A stretch of 64,000 nt of DNA from the NCBI GenBank assembly GCA_038496445.1, contig JALMLS010000072.1, positions 96,754 through 160,753 of the forward strand. The letters are read 5' to 3'. Below, piece after piece: positions 1-12,325 of the stretch. A program made the translations under genes and the position numbers. The notes below the pieces were generated by a model. The model was given only the letters and a program-made list of their open reading frames with translations, did not search any database and was not told where the DNA came from. This stretch comes from Trichosphaerium sp. ATCC 40318. Taxonomy: Eukaryota; Protista; Tubulinea. Position 1 is the stretch's first letter, and the number at the start of each line of letters is the position of its first letter.

Positions 1-575
1 TGAAAAGTTTTAACTGTTTGACATATCACCTGGATATAAAACGTACAATACTTGGTGAAGTGATGCCTTACTTCAGAGTAAGGTTTTTGCTGAGTTATAA
101 GCATAAGTCATGTGCACTAAATTGTGACATATTATATTGAAGATTCAACATGAGTGAATACAATAAAAACACGTGTCTCAAACGTTTTTTGGATTAATGG
201 TTACGTAAATACAACATTTGAGTTATTACGAAATCTACAATGGGAACTGCAAAATAAACTGTCTATTGGACTATAAAAACACGTGATAAATAGAGATAAT
301 AACATTAAAAACAATCAACAAAAAAAGCGCTACCAATAAAAAAAAACGAACCCAATTTACTATTTATAAATAACCTTCATTCACGCTAGCGCAACTTATT
401 AATAAACAGAAAACTAAATACAACTTCACTCCATGACCAGAAGGAAGATAGTGTTAAAAACCAATCAAAAATTTAGATGCGAGGTATCGCACAATACCAA
501 AAATTAATCAACAACAGATGTGTTTAGGACGACATTAGCCTGTTTCCTAGCGTAATATGAACGTCTACAACAATC

Positions 576-3115
576 TCATTTGTCTTTGCCAGTGTACGCG
601 ACAATTCGGAAAGCTGACACTCTGCTAAGCCTTATAGACGCTGAGCACTATAATTTACATATGAAATTTACATTAAAAAAAAGTACGTTAACCAGTTTGG
701 GCGATAGGTCGAAAAATGATTTATTATTACTATGATACAATAATTACATGTGCTACAGACGCTCACCTTCTGAGTTTCTCTAAAGCATGACCCTAAAAAA
801 AAATTAACAACCAAGCAAACAACGCAACTCACAAAAAAACAAAAAAAAACCCGAAAAAAAAAATTAAAAGGTTTCTCCCTTTTTCCACCCTACAGAACCA
901 CCTCATGTGTTTATATCGCCCATAAAAACAGTATTTTCAGGGATGGTAAAAAAAAAATTGAAAAATGATTTGAAGCGTAATCTTGATCTCAAGCGAAAAA
1001 AAAAAAAAGCTTACCCGTTTGACGATCATGATTTCGCTGTATGGACCACGTTTTTGTAATAAATCAATACGCTCTTTTGATTTTAGCGCCAAAACAGCTG
1101 AAAATAGAGAAGCAGCTACAGAACGTTTCTGCATACGTCCAGCACCATGAATACTACAAAAAAAATAAACAACAAGTTCCATAAAACTCGCAAAAAATCA
1201 AAAAAAAAATCAAAAAAAAATCAAAAAAAAAAGCAAGAAATTACTTACGTTTCTACCAAATCGTCGAACTTTAGTCTATCTACACCCTGGGATTGGAATT
1301 CCTTACGTAGGGTAATAGCTACACCAAGATCACGCGCAGTAAATGCAGCCTCTGGCGTAGAAGCAGAATCGGAGGTAGAAGTAGTGGTACGCGAACGTGT
1401 GTCAGCCTCATTCTGTTCTTCTCCCATAATGATTGGAGAACCTGGTGTACCTGGCGAACCTGGGGAACCTGGGAAACCTGGAGAGCCTGGGAAACCCGGA
1501 GAACCTGGGATTTGTTCCATCCCTTCACCACCATCAACACGATCATCTGAGTACTCTCCACCACGACCCTGTAAAAACAAAGATTAATAACAACATTTGT
1601 TTTGCAACGAACAATATCAACAAATTACATAGGTCAACGAAAGAACTCTCAATTGACGCACATGTGCAGCAAATCATAAAAAAAAATTCAAAAAAAAAGA
1701 GTTTGCGTTCAAAACATCCTTGGTAAGTACCATGAGATATGCAGGTGCTTTCAATGTCATGTTACGTCTAGTAACATTCATAAGAGTAGGGTTAAGACTT
1801 CTAAACGCTGGCATGCTTAGAAGAGCTTCTGGACCGTCTATTTCCATTTGACGAATCTCCATATCTTCTGGAGTATCTGGGACATATCCTACTTGTCTTA
1901 CAAGTCTATCTACATTACCCAGCCATCCGTGCATTGTTCTAGATTCACAATAATAAGTCACAATCCAAAAAAAGAATAAAAGAAGATTTCAGACTTACGT
2001 TGTTGAAAGTTGAGTTTTTTTGTCCATTCTGACCATTGATTTTGTTTCACGTGGCTTCTTACGACGTTCTTGAGGTGGCAGCATGACACCTAAACACATT
2101 AGAAGGAGATCAACGCTGAAAGCGCCAAAAAAAAACCAAAAAACGCCAAAATTCAAAAAAAAGCTTGTGTTTTGTTTACGAACCCGGCGATCTACTCTCT
2201 GTAGTAGGGTCTCTTAATTCAAGATCATCATCTTGTACAATTGCAAGACCATCATCGTCAGGATTGTCGAAGGCATTTTCCATCTCAAAGTCCTCTCTAT
2301 GTTGGTTTTAGTCTCTGGAGCTACTAGCTAGTGTGAGAAAGCGTCATACCCGCCAATAACATCGATAACATCTTCTAGCTGTGCAAGACGTTGTGCAAAG
2401 TCATCTGACGTGGCTTCTTTTATTTGGGAAGCTGTATAAGATGGTTAATAAAAAAGTAACGTTTAGAAAGCGTAACAAAGAAAAAAATGAAGTTTTTTTC
2501 AGTCTCAGAGTGTTTACCAGCTATTTCATCACGCTGTGGGAATAGGTTTAAGCTCTCAGCATCAATGAGACCATCTTCCATTGCCGGTACGTCACTGTAG
2601 AGTTAGTTTTTTTGAAATATTTGAGTTTTTTATCGTACGCAATATCCATATCGGTTGGTAAGCTAATATCATACTCTGGGAAGTGCTCTGGAAGCGTAAT
2701 AGCGTTTATATTTGCTTGGGTTTGATCTAAATCTATTTTGGCGATTTCTGTCCTCTAAACGCTTTGTTAGTTTCCATATTGTCGTAGATTAATACGTACA
2801 GTCTTTCGCCGTAATTTAACGAGTGCATCAGAGCAATCTGTGTACAAGTAGTGGACTTTCTTCTGATAGATACGTACAACACCAAGGAGCAAATGACCCT
2901 TAAGACGCAATGCGAGGCGTACTTTTGGGTTTAAAATATGCTCTACAACGGAAAATAAGTATTTTAAATTGTAATTTAATACACTACGTACCAATGGTCT
3001 GTGATATATCTGTGTCGTTAACTTGCGCTTTTGTCAATTTCTTTGGCCAATGCGCTGCGAGCCATACTTTACCAAGAACACCTTGTCTGGCTAAAACTAC
3101 TTGTAGAAAAAACAT
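576..3115 (-). CDS. RAD21: Rad21/Rec8-family cohesin kleisin, multi-exon; 3' end uncertain
   Basis: N-terminus MFFLQVVLARQGVLGKVWLAAHWPKKLTKAQV...|HILNPKVRLALRLKGHLLLGVVRIYQKKVHYLYTDCSDALVKL is the Rad21_Rec8_N motif. Near the C-terminus, KRSVAASLFSAVLALKSKERIDLLQKRGPYSEIMI is the winged-helix motif. Last exons below 1013 are tentative; Rad21 vs Rec8 not resolved. Confidence 0.85.
1435..1510. repeat. 9-bp-period coding repeat, (G-x-P)8, inside the kleisin
   Basis: ggagaacct ggtgtacct ggcgaacct ggggaacct gggaaacct ggagagcct gggaaaccc ggagaacct; the minus strand reads PGSPGFPGSPGFPGSPGSPGTPGSP. Confidence 0.9.
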
Positions 3116-3589
3116 TGTATGTAGCTGTGGAGAACGCGCGCTTTTTTTTTTCGGTTGGCGGGAATATGTAGAGTATTAACTTAATACCCTTAGCTTAACG
3201 GTTCAAAGTCGTAACGGAAACGTCCTTTTTAAATAGATAAGGCCAAGTTTTATTCACCACAAGTTATAAGATAGTTTTACAGCACAAAGAGTCTTGGACA
3301 TGCCATTTAAGACTTACTAAAAGTGATACAAGTAAAATCTAGCTAAACGGCCTTTGACGCTGGATTATACGCCCATCAGGTAATTTCTGTGACTGTAGCA
3401 AAGTTCTCGTGTCAACTCAAAGGTTTGTCGTTGCGAAGCCAACAGCGTTAAGTATTCATATCCTTTGTTTCAACAGCGTACTGTTTGAGCTCATGAGGTG
3501 ATTGTTAAGTGAAACAAGGCGTCGATATTGGGAATCTGACACAAGTTCCCACAATTCATAAATTCTAAAATAACACTACCACCGAACCA

Positions 3590-5323
<1,734 letters not shown>

Positions 5324-5988
5324 AAAAACAAGTTTGTAATTGTTGTTATTATTTTAAGAGCTCGCTTGTCACTAGTACAGTTAGGATATAGCGAGCGTAA
5401 TCCACAACTGACCTAGAATAATAATAATACACTTCTCGTGAATCAATCACTGAATTTGAGAAAGAACATCCGAGAAAACCTATAAGAACACTGAACAACG
5501 CAAGAATGAAATTAAAACAACATACTGCGAGTTTTATAACTCTTTAGCCGAAAAGTCGCGACAACGTGACGTAATAACCAACGTGAAAGTAATCTTTGAA
5601 AATACTGTAATGTAGTAGAGCCGAACAAATTAGCACGTAAAACACGAGCGCCAAACGGCGTGACGTTTTCAAATAATTTAACGAAAATCATGCACGAAAA
5701 AAAACGTGAAAAACAATATTTCACGTAAAATGCTTTCGTGACTCTGAGCTACTGTACAGCGCTTTCTTCGCTTATATGCCGTTTCCAGCCAAACCGAACG
5801 GTCTTAAAAAGCACACATCAAGTTAAAACAAAACCATAATTGTTTTATTTCGCTACTTGCACTACACTCTTTTCAAAAGCAAAAAAAATGCGAACAAACA
5901 AAGTCTAGTTGTTTATACAAAGATTTTTTTATTTCTTTTGTTTCTTTGGGCTTAAAATGATCTAAGCGTCTAATAAAATACGTAAGAC

Positions 5989-6973
5989 TTATATCTCTAG
6001 CGTAAAAACAAAAAATAACGCATGTACAACGAAAACATTTTCACCAAAAAAAAATAGAAAAAAACGCCTTTGTAACGCATATCACGAATCCGTACCAGCT
6101 TTTGGTTCCTCTTCTTTGACTTCCTCGAGTGCTGGTGGTTCATCAGCAACTTCTTCGAGTGCAGGTGGCTCATCGCCTTCTACGGCCTCAAGTGGTGGTG
6201 GACCGGCGTCAGCAGCGGTTTCAAAGTCGACATCATCGAATTCGTCAGACTTGGCAGCTAGAACAACGAGTTAGAAGCGAAATTAGTGTTTTTTTCTCCA
6301 AAGTCGTTTTGCTTGTAATAAACGAAGCTTAAATGTTTATTTTTGGTTTCTCTACGCATAAGATAACGCGTACCTTTTGGATCGGCGCCCATTTGTCCAA
6401 ATAGTGCAGAAATATCTAAACAACAAAAAATGAGTTGTTGGTTTCACTACGTGCTTTCTATCGTACCAGATTTTTCGTGTTTACCCTTTACAATGTAGCA
6501 GTTGGCTTGAATATTGGCCATAACTAAACAGGGTATAAGTAATTTTCCTCGGTAGTGATATCCGCATTGTAGCGCAAAATATAACTCCAAAAAGTCCCAC
6601 GAGCCAACAAAGAGCTCACGCAGCAGATTTTGAACAAACGGCACCAAACGAGAATAAACTCGTAAAAACGAGCGCGATGAAGCGCGAAATAGCTCGTGGG
6701 TAATTTGGAGCATGAATACGCCGTTTTTCTGTACAAACAAAGAAGATTACCTTTAGGGCTTTTAAAGAGCATAACTTTGTCTTTAGCGTCTCCCTTATCA
6801 TTTATCATTATTACTTGATCAATTTCTGGGATCGTTTGTATGTTATGTTTTTTTGCCCAAGCCAACAACGCTTTCTCATTGTTGCCGCGTCTGTACTTTG
6901 TCTTCCTGCGTACGGAACCCTTACCACCTGTGCGCACGGACGCTGCTCTTCTTTCTAGCTTTGCTCTGTTCAT
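5989..6973 (-). CDS. BTF3: Nascent polypeptide-associated complex subunit beta (BTF3/EGD1)
   Basis: MNRAKLERRAASVRTGGKGSVRRK...IQTIPEIDQVIM...FKSPK|VMANIQANCYIVKG; acidic tail with repeated PPALEE. Confidence 0.9.
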
Positions 6974-7157
6974 TCTGCAAAATTTTATCTCACGGTAACT
7001 TAAGAAACGCAAAGGAAAAAAAAAAAAAAAACCAAGACTTAAGTGTTTGAGGTTTGAACGTTTGCTTTATGTGGGTTTTTGCGTCCGGATAGGTACATTA
7101 GGGTAGATACAATAATACAAGGGGGTTGTTATGTTACATTTCTTGGCCGCGTTTGGC

Positions 7158-7457
7158 TTATTTGCTTGCGGAGTTTTTTGTGCAAGAAACAAGCAGTTTT
7201 TCTTGCGATGAATTGAAAGTTGCTCGTTTGAGTAGGTTAGGTCCTCTGGATCCTCTGGTAGGTCTGTAAGATTTATTTGTTAATCTGTTTGCTTGTTCTC
7301 GCGTCTTCATTACGTAAGTGTCCAAGTTTTTCTTTTGTAGCTTTAATAACTGATTTTCTCTCTGCATTTGTTCATATTGCTTCAACAATCGTGTAATCTC
7401 TTCGTCGTGTTCAATCTCAGCATTAGACTTGTTTCTGCAGCACATTATTGTCGCCAT
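7158..7457 (-). CDS. Small hypothetical coiled-coil protein
   Basis: 99-aa ATG-started single-exon ORF with a heptad-like segment EEITRLLKQYEQMQRENQLLKLQKKNL; no family recognised. Confidence 0.35.
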   Translation of the reverse strand: MATIMCCRNKSNAEIEHDEEITRLLKQYEQMQRENQLLKLQKKNLDTYVMKTREQANRLTNKSYRPTRGSRGPNLLKRATFNSSQEKLLVSCTKNSASK

Positions 7458-8738
7458 TCGGGAAAGAAGTTGTGTAGGTGGTGTGGTTTATAAAAAATGT
7501 CTGAAAATTCACCGTCTGAAAAGAACATGACGTTAGTGTGTCGTCAGAAAATGTCCGCCCAATGTGAAATACTCTTTGTACCAGTATACAACGGTTAATA
7601 AACTACAAATTGGCCCATTATGTTCATAAATGGAATTATGAGATCGCTAGGAAGCCCCTTATTATTTTAGGCGGGTACGTAAAAATATAACGGAAGTGCC
7701 GGAAACGCTTCTTTGATGCTGGTAAAACAATAGTAGGTGCATAGTACGATCGCCAATAACAATTCCAGATAAAACATCATTTTTGGTCGTGGCTTGCGTC
7801 AGATTGCGCGGAGCCGGATATACTTTCCGTAATACGCGAATGAAGAGCATTCGCCTTTATTACAGGCGCCTACAGAGAAAGTTCGTGTAAAGAAAGTGAA
7901 GTTCGAGACAAAACACAATTTGTTGATGCCATTGTTAGCTATAGTTTAACATACATTTTTCGGGTAATACAACGTTTTGTGGAATGATGGGATTTTTTTG
8001 CGAAGTTTTTTGGAAGATTACGGCAGTGCGCTCGAGATTATAATAACGACACCATAGTTTGTTGGGGATAAATTTATACAATTAATTGAACAAACAATAT
8101 ACAGTTAAAGGAGTTGTCGCGCATTGTCTCGCGTAGCACTTTTCTCGAATAGTTTCGGCGTAATATGGCGCCAAGAGGTGCTATTGCGGGATTTACGTGT
8201 GAGGTTCCTTTTGTAGATATCGGATGAAAGTCGCCTAGTACGATACCTTATATAACCATGTATATTTTAGAGCAATTAAAACAATTCTGATTTTTTTCAA
8301 GATCAATGGCGCAATATGTTTACGTGATACACTTGTTTCGTCATGAAAAGCAATAAACACGTCTTACAACTGCTTTCAGCTCGCGGAGGATTATTCCCAC
8401 AAGTATACTAATCGCTTGAGCTGCAAATGATTCTTTTCTGTGCAGTATAGCCTAAGATTGTATGACGCTAGGAAGATCGACTACAAGGCGTGTCGCCTAC
8501 GTAAACAGATCACAATTGATCGGAGCTAAAGCATTTATCGTTACTCCCTTATGTAAGATATTATAAAGGCTTGTTTGTTGCGGCTCGTGCGGAGTGTAGT
8601 GCGTAGACACATTCATGATAGAAAACCCGAACCATACCCTCGATGCTCTTGTGCATAATATTTCACAATCAGTTCATCCTGTGTTCAATCGAGTGCGCTG
8701 AGCGACTATTCTACTTACAGTATCTTAGAAAACGCATT

Positions 8739-9043
8739 ACCTATGTACCATCCACACTTCGTTGCGTAATTGTTGACCAAACATATATTTGCTAGTGGTA
8801 CACTTTGGGGTAGATTGATTCATAGCGACTGATGCCAGTGTGAGGCTCATAAGTAGCTTCTCTATGTCAATAAATGAAGCGTTACTCTGAGCGCACCTAT
8901 GTACTATCCACACTTCGTTGCGTAATTGTTGACCAAACATATATTTGCTAGTGGTACACTTTGGGGTAGATTGATTCATAGCGACTGATGCCAGTGTGAG
9001 GCTCATAAGTAGCTTCTCTATGTCAATAAATGAAGCGTTGCTC
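8739..9043. repeat. Near-perfect direct tandem duplication, 156-bp unit x ~2
   Basis: acctatgtac(c/t)atccacacttcg...taaatgaagcgtt(a/g)ctc starts at 8739 and again at 8895; about 2 substitutions seen. Confidence 0.95.
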
Positions 9044-9287
9044 CAAGGTTAAGTGTCTCTAAAAACTGTGTTAAGGCGTGCTTTGTATCAATAAATCAAC
9101 AATTTACGGTAGGTCGCTACAAATGGTTTTCGGTTTTGGTTTGTAGAAGTGATGTTATTTCTTGTACTAGTGTGTGGCGCATATACTATTATGACTTTGG
9201 CTGTTTACTTAGTTAAAAGACCATACGAGGAGGTAATCACTTCAACGGTATCGTACATTAATTACTCTAACACCACGTAAGGGAAAA

Positions 9288-9860
9288 ATGTCAAAATGTC
9301 ATCTATTGCATCTACCTTTGGAGCTACATCTTGATATTATTGATTTAGACCCTACATTTGCCAAATGGCCACTATTATCAAAATATACAGCGACAACAAC
9401 GAGGTTTGATAGTGACTTGAATAAACATGGAAAATGGATGAAACATAAGAATGTGCTTGGCTCAAAAAAATCAATGTTGTTAGGCCAAGAACGTTGGAGG
9501 CATGGTCAACTTCATGGAGAGTATAAGAGTTGGTATGGAGTACATCACAAACATATACAAGATGTGTTGCACAAAGAACAAACTCAAATGAGCTGTCATT
9601 GTTATTACAGTAATGGTAAAAAGGAAGGTGAATACAAAGAGTGGCATCAAAATGGTGAATTGCGGAGACATTGTTACTATGTTGATGGTAAATTAGAAGG
9701 AGAATCTAAGCAGTGGTATAACAGTGGACAAATATATGAGGACTCTAATTTTGTATGTGATGAACTAGTAGGAAGTTACAAGCAGTGGAACAACCATGGT
9801 TTGTGTACTGTAGACGGTAGTTATGTGGATGGTAAACTAGTAAGATCCAGAAAAAGGTAA
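9288..9860 (+). CDS. F-box-like + MORN-variant (YwqK-type) repeat protein, paralogue 1, single exon
   Basis: N-terminal LLHLPLELHLDIIDLD...KWPLLSK...TTRFDSDLNKHGKW, then ~24-aa repeats such as GKKEGEYKEWHQNGELRRHCYYVD and GKLEGESKQWYNSGQ. Confidence 0.85.
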   Translation: MSKCHLLHLPLELHLDIIDLDPTFAKWPLLSKYTATTTRFDSDLNKHGKWMKHKNVLGSKKSMLLGQERWRHGQLHGEYKSWYGVHHKHIQDVLHKEQTQMSCHCYYSNGKKEGEYKEWHQNGELRRHCYYVDGKLEGESKQWYNSGQIYEDSNFVCDELVGSYKQWNNHGLCTVDGSYVDGKLVRSRKR

Positions 9861-10185
9861 ATCGTAGAATAAACCTTCAACATTTTTTCTTGTTATTTTT
9901 TTAGTTCACTGGAGCACAATCAATTGCTTAAGAACCCTTAAAGCTACAAGGTATCAATTGAAAGTAAACGTTTTACAACTCCATCCTTGTCCATCGAGAA
10001 GTTTCTGTCCGTAACATGTATCAGTTACACCAAATGCAGTTGCGCCCTAGGTAGAACTATAATGGTAGGGGTACATGTACTCGCACCCTTAGGCGCGAGA
10101 AAGCAGTATGGAAGTTAAGTTTGTGTTTATAAGTCGAATATAAGTAAAAGTTGAGCGAATCTCCTGATCCAACAACATCTACGGT

Positions 10186-12182
10186 ATGGCATACTCTGCA
10201 AACGCACATGACTGGCCTGAAAACACTGTATTGGATTGGCTAACAGCAAACGGTTTACAGGGGCTACATGACACATTCAGAAATAACGAGGTAATGCGTT
10301 GTGTTATTCGTCTTGGCAGAAAATTGCTCAATCTAGCGCTAGATTGATGGCTCTGCTCTAATGGACCTTACAAGAACCGACATTAAAGCAGAACTTGAGG
10401 TACAGCAATCTATATCTCTGAGAGATAGTTCACAGTATGAATAAACAAACAACAGATTCGATCGCTTGTGTTGAGAAAGAAGCTATGGGCCGCCATTCAA
10501 CGTACCAAAACGCACCTGATTTTTGCGAATCACGTGGACAGTCTTCGGCTCCAGAAACATGAAGCAGCGGTAAGCCTTTTTGAGAGAGAAACAAGCCAAA
10601 TACCCGGTATAACAAAGTATAGTTGTTTAAGGCTGAAGAAGCGAGAGGAGGCGAAATTGCTGTTGCTGATATGATTATGACAGATGTTGATAACTTGAAA
10701 AGTGTCAAGGAGAACTTTATTGTACGGATTACGGTACTTTAATCCGTACAATAACTTTTATTTTAAAGGCGGCCTCCGAGTTACAACAAGAGTATGATGA
10801 AATGAGAGACCAAGAGGCTATAGATCTTGATTACGCCTTATCACTGTAAGTAAGATTAGCACTTTGTCTAACACGTGGTAGAGCCAGCGAAGAGCAAAGG
10901 CGGAAGTTTAGAGCTCTTTTGGCTAGAAGAAATCCTTCTCTTGAACTCTCATTTAACATAGAGATTGTGTCAGAGCATGGCTCAAAATTAAACGAGCTCC
11001 GTGATTCCAGAAATTGGCTTGAAAAAGAGCAATGTGCGATTTGCTCGCAAGTCAAGCCTTGGTCGATTCAAGTTTCTTGTGGACATTTGTGGTGCCAGGA
11101 TTGCCTTGTGGTAGGTGTATATTGGAAATAAGTGAGTTATAACCATATAGGATTTGTTCAATGCGTGCTTGAAGAATGTCGGGTTGATTCCACCAAGATG
11201 CTGCAAGCAATTGTTAGATCCAAATTTAGCTTGTGTACTTCTACCTTCTGTGACGCTTAAGAAAGTAAACGCCTTACGTACTTCTCAAGTTAATGGCATA
11301 CTCTTAGTTTAAGAGACTCTTTGCCGAACATACCATCAAGAACAAGATGTACTGTCCAAAGAAGACTTGTTCACACGTATTGGATGTAGATAGACTTGTT
11401 GTTGAAGGTATGCGAATTCATAGAGCATGTGACATTTCTATCTTTTAATGTATTTGATAGAAAGCGGAGCTTCTCAGTGCACGAAATGCCATTCATCTAT
11501 CTGTAGCAAATGTAAGACTTTCTGGCATTTTACAATGACGTGTGGCGAGTATCAGAGGCTTCCTGATTCGGTTAAATACGCCGATGATGAATCGTTGTTC
11601 AAGATTGCCAATAGCAACAATTGGAAAAGGTATTATTGCTTGATTTTGATTCTACCATTTGACAACTACAAAGGTGCCCGGAATGTCACATTTTCATTGA
11701 ACTAAAACATGGGTGCAATCACATGACTTGTAAGAACTGCGGGTACGTTTGTACATAAAAACTTGTTTAGCAACCTTCTCTCAAGGTGTGAGTTCTGCTT
11801 TCAGTGCCTTGAGCTATGGAGAAACCATGGATCAGGGTGTAACTTGTGGAATAATGAGGATCAACTGTTAGAAGTAGTAAATCGTAGAGCTCAAAATCCT
11901 GCACAAAGGTATTACTACAAGTGGAAAAAAATCAAATCTTATCGTAAACTTATACCTTTCTTAGAAATGCAATTAGGAGGAACATCGAGTACAATGAGTG
12001 TGTTGATCATAACTTTAATCGCATTAAATGGCTTCGTGGTGATTGTGAAGTCTGTGGCTTTTATATGAATATGTACTGGGCACCCACCATTGAATGATGG
12101 AGATTAATCTATTTTTAGTTTCTCATACAGTTGTTCTACTTGCAGAATGTTGGTTTGTATGCAATGTAGACACAATGCTTAG
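10186..12182 (+). CDS. SAM-domain + RBR (RING-IBR-RING) E3 ubiquitin ligase
   Basis: SAM: DWPENTVLDWLTANGLQGLHDTFRNNE|IDGSALMDLTRTDIKAELE|IRSLVLRKKLWAAI. RING1 CAIC..SCGHLWCQDC; IBR KMYCPKKTC..CTKCHSSICSKCKTFWH; RING2 CPEC..IELKHGCNHMTC..CEFCFQC. Confidence 0.9.
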
Positions 12183-12325
12183 TGCGTATTGTCTCAAGTA
12201 TGTGCGAATAGGCTAGCTTTGTATGTGATAATTCTCGTTGTCAGACTGACGCAAATAAACTGTCTACTATTCCGTAGTTTTGTTTTTATAAATTCATATG
12301 AAAGAAGCGTTTAAATTAACTTACA

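Noticed and set aside
1147-1587. Plus-strand ORF with poly-Lys and collagen-like GEP/GKP repeats
   Set aside because: Antisense shadow of a kleisin exon; the Lys runs come from an intronic A/T tract.
8739-9043. CRISPR array or LTR interpretation of the 156-bp repeat
   Set aside because: Only two abutting units with no spacers, cas genes, TG..CA ends or internal retroelement.
9200-9290. Mimivirus-type AAAATTGA early promoter or a contiguous endogenous viral element around the MORN genes
   Set aside because: The motif is not seen directly upstream of any paralogue; there are no viral core genes and the flanks are ordinary intron-rich host genes.
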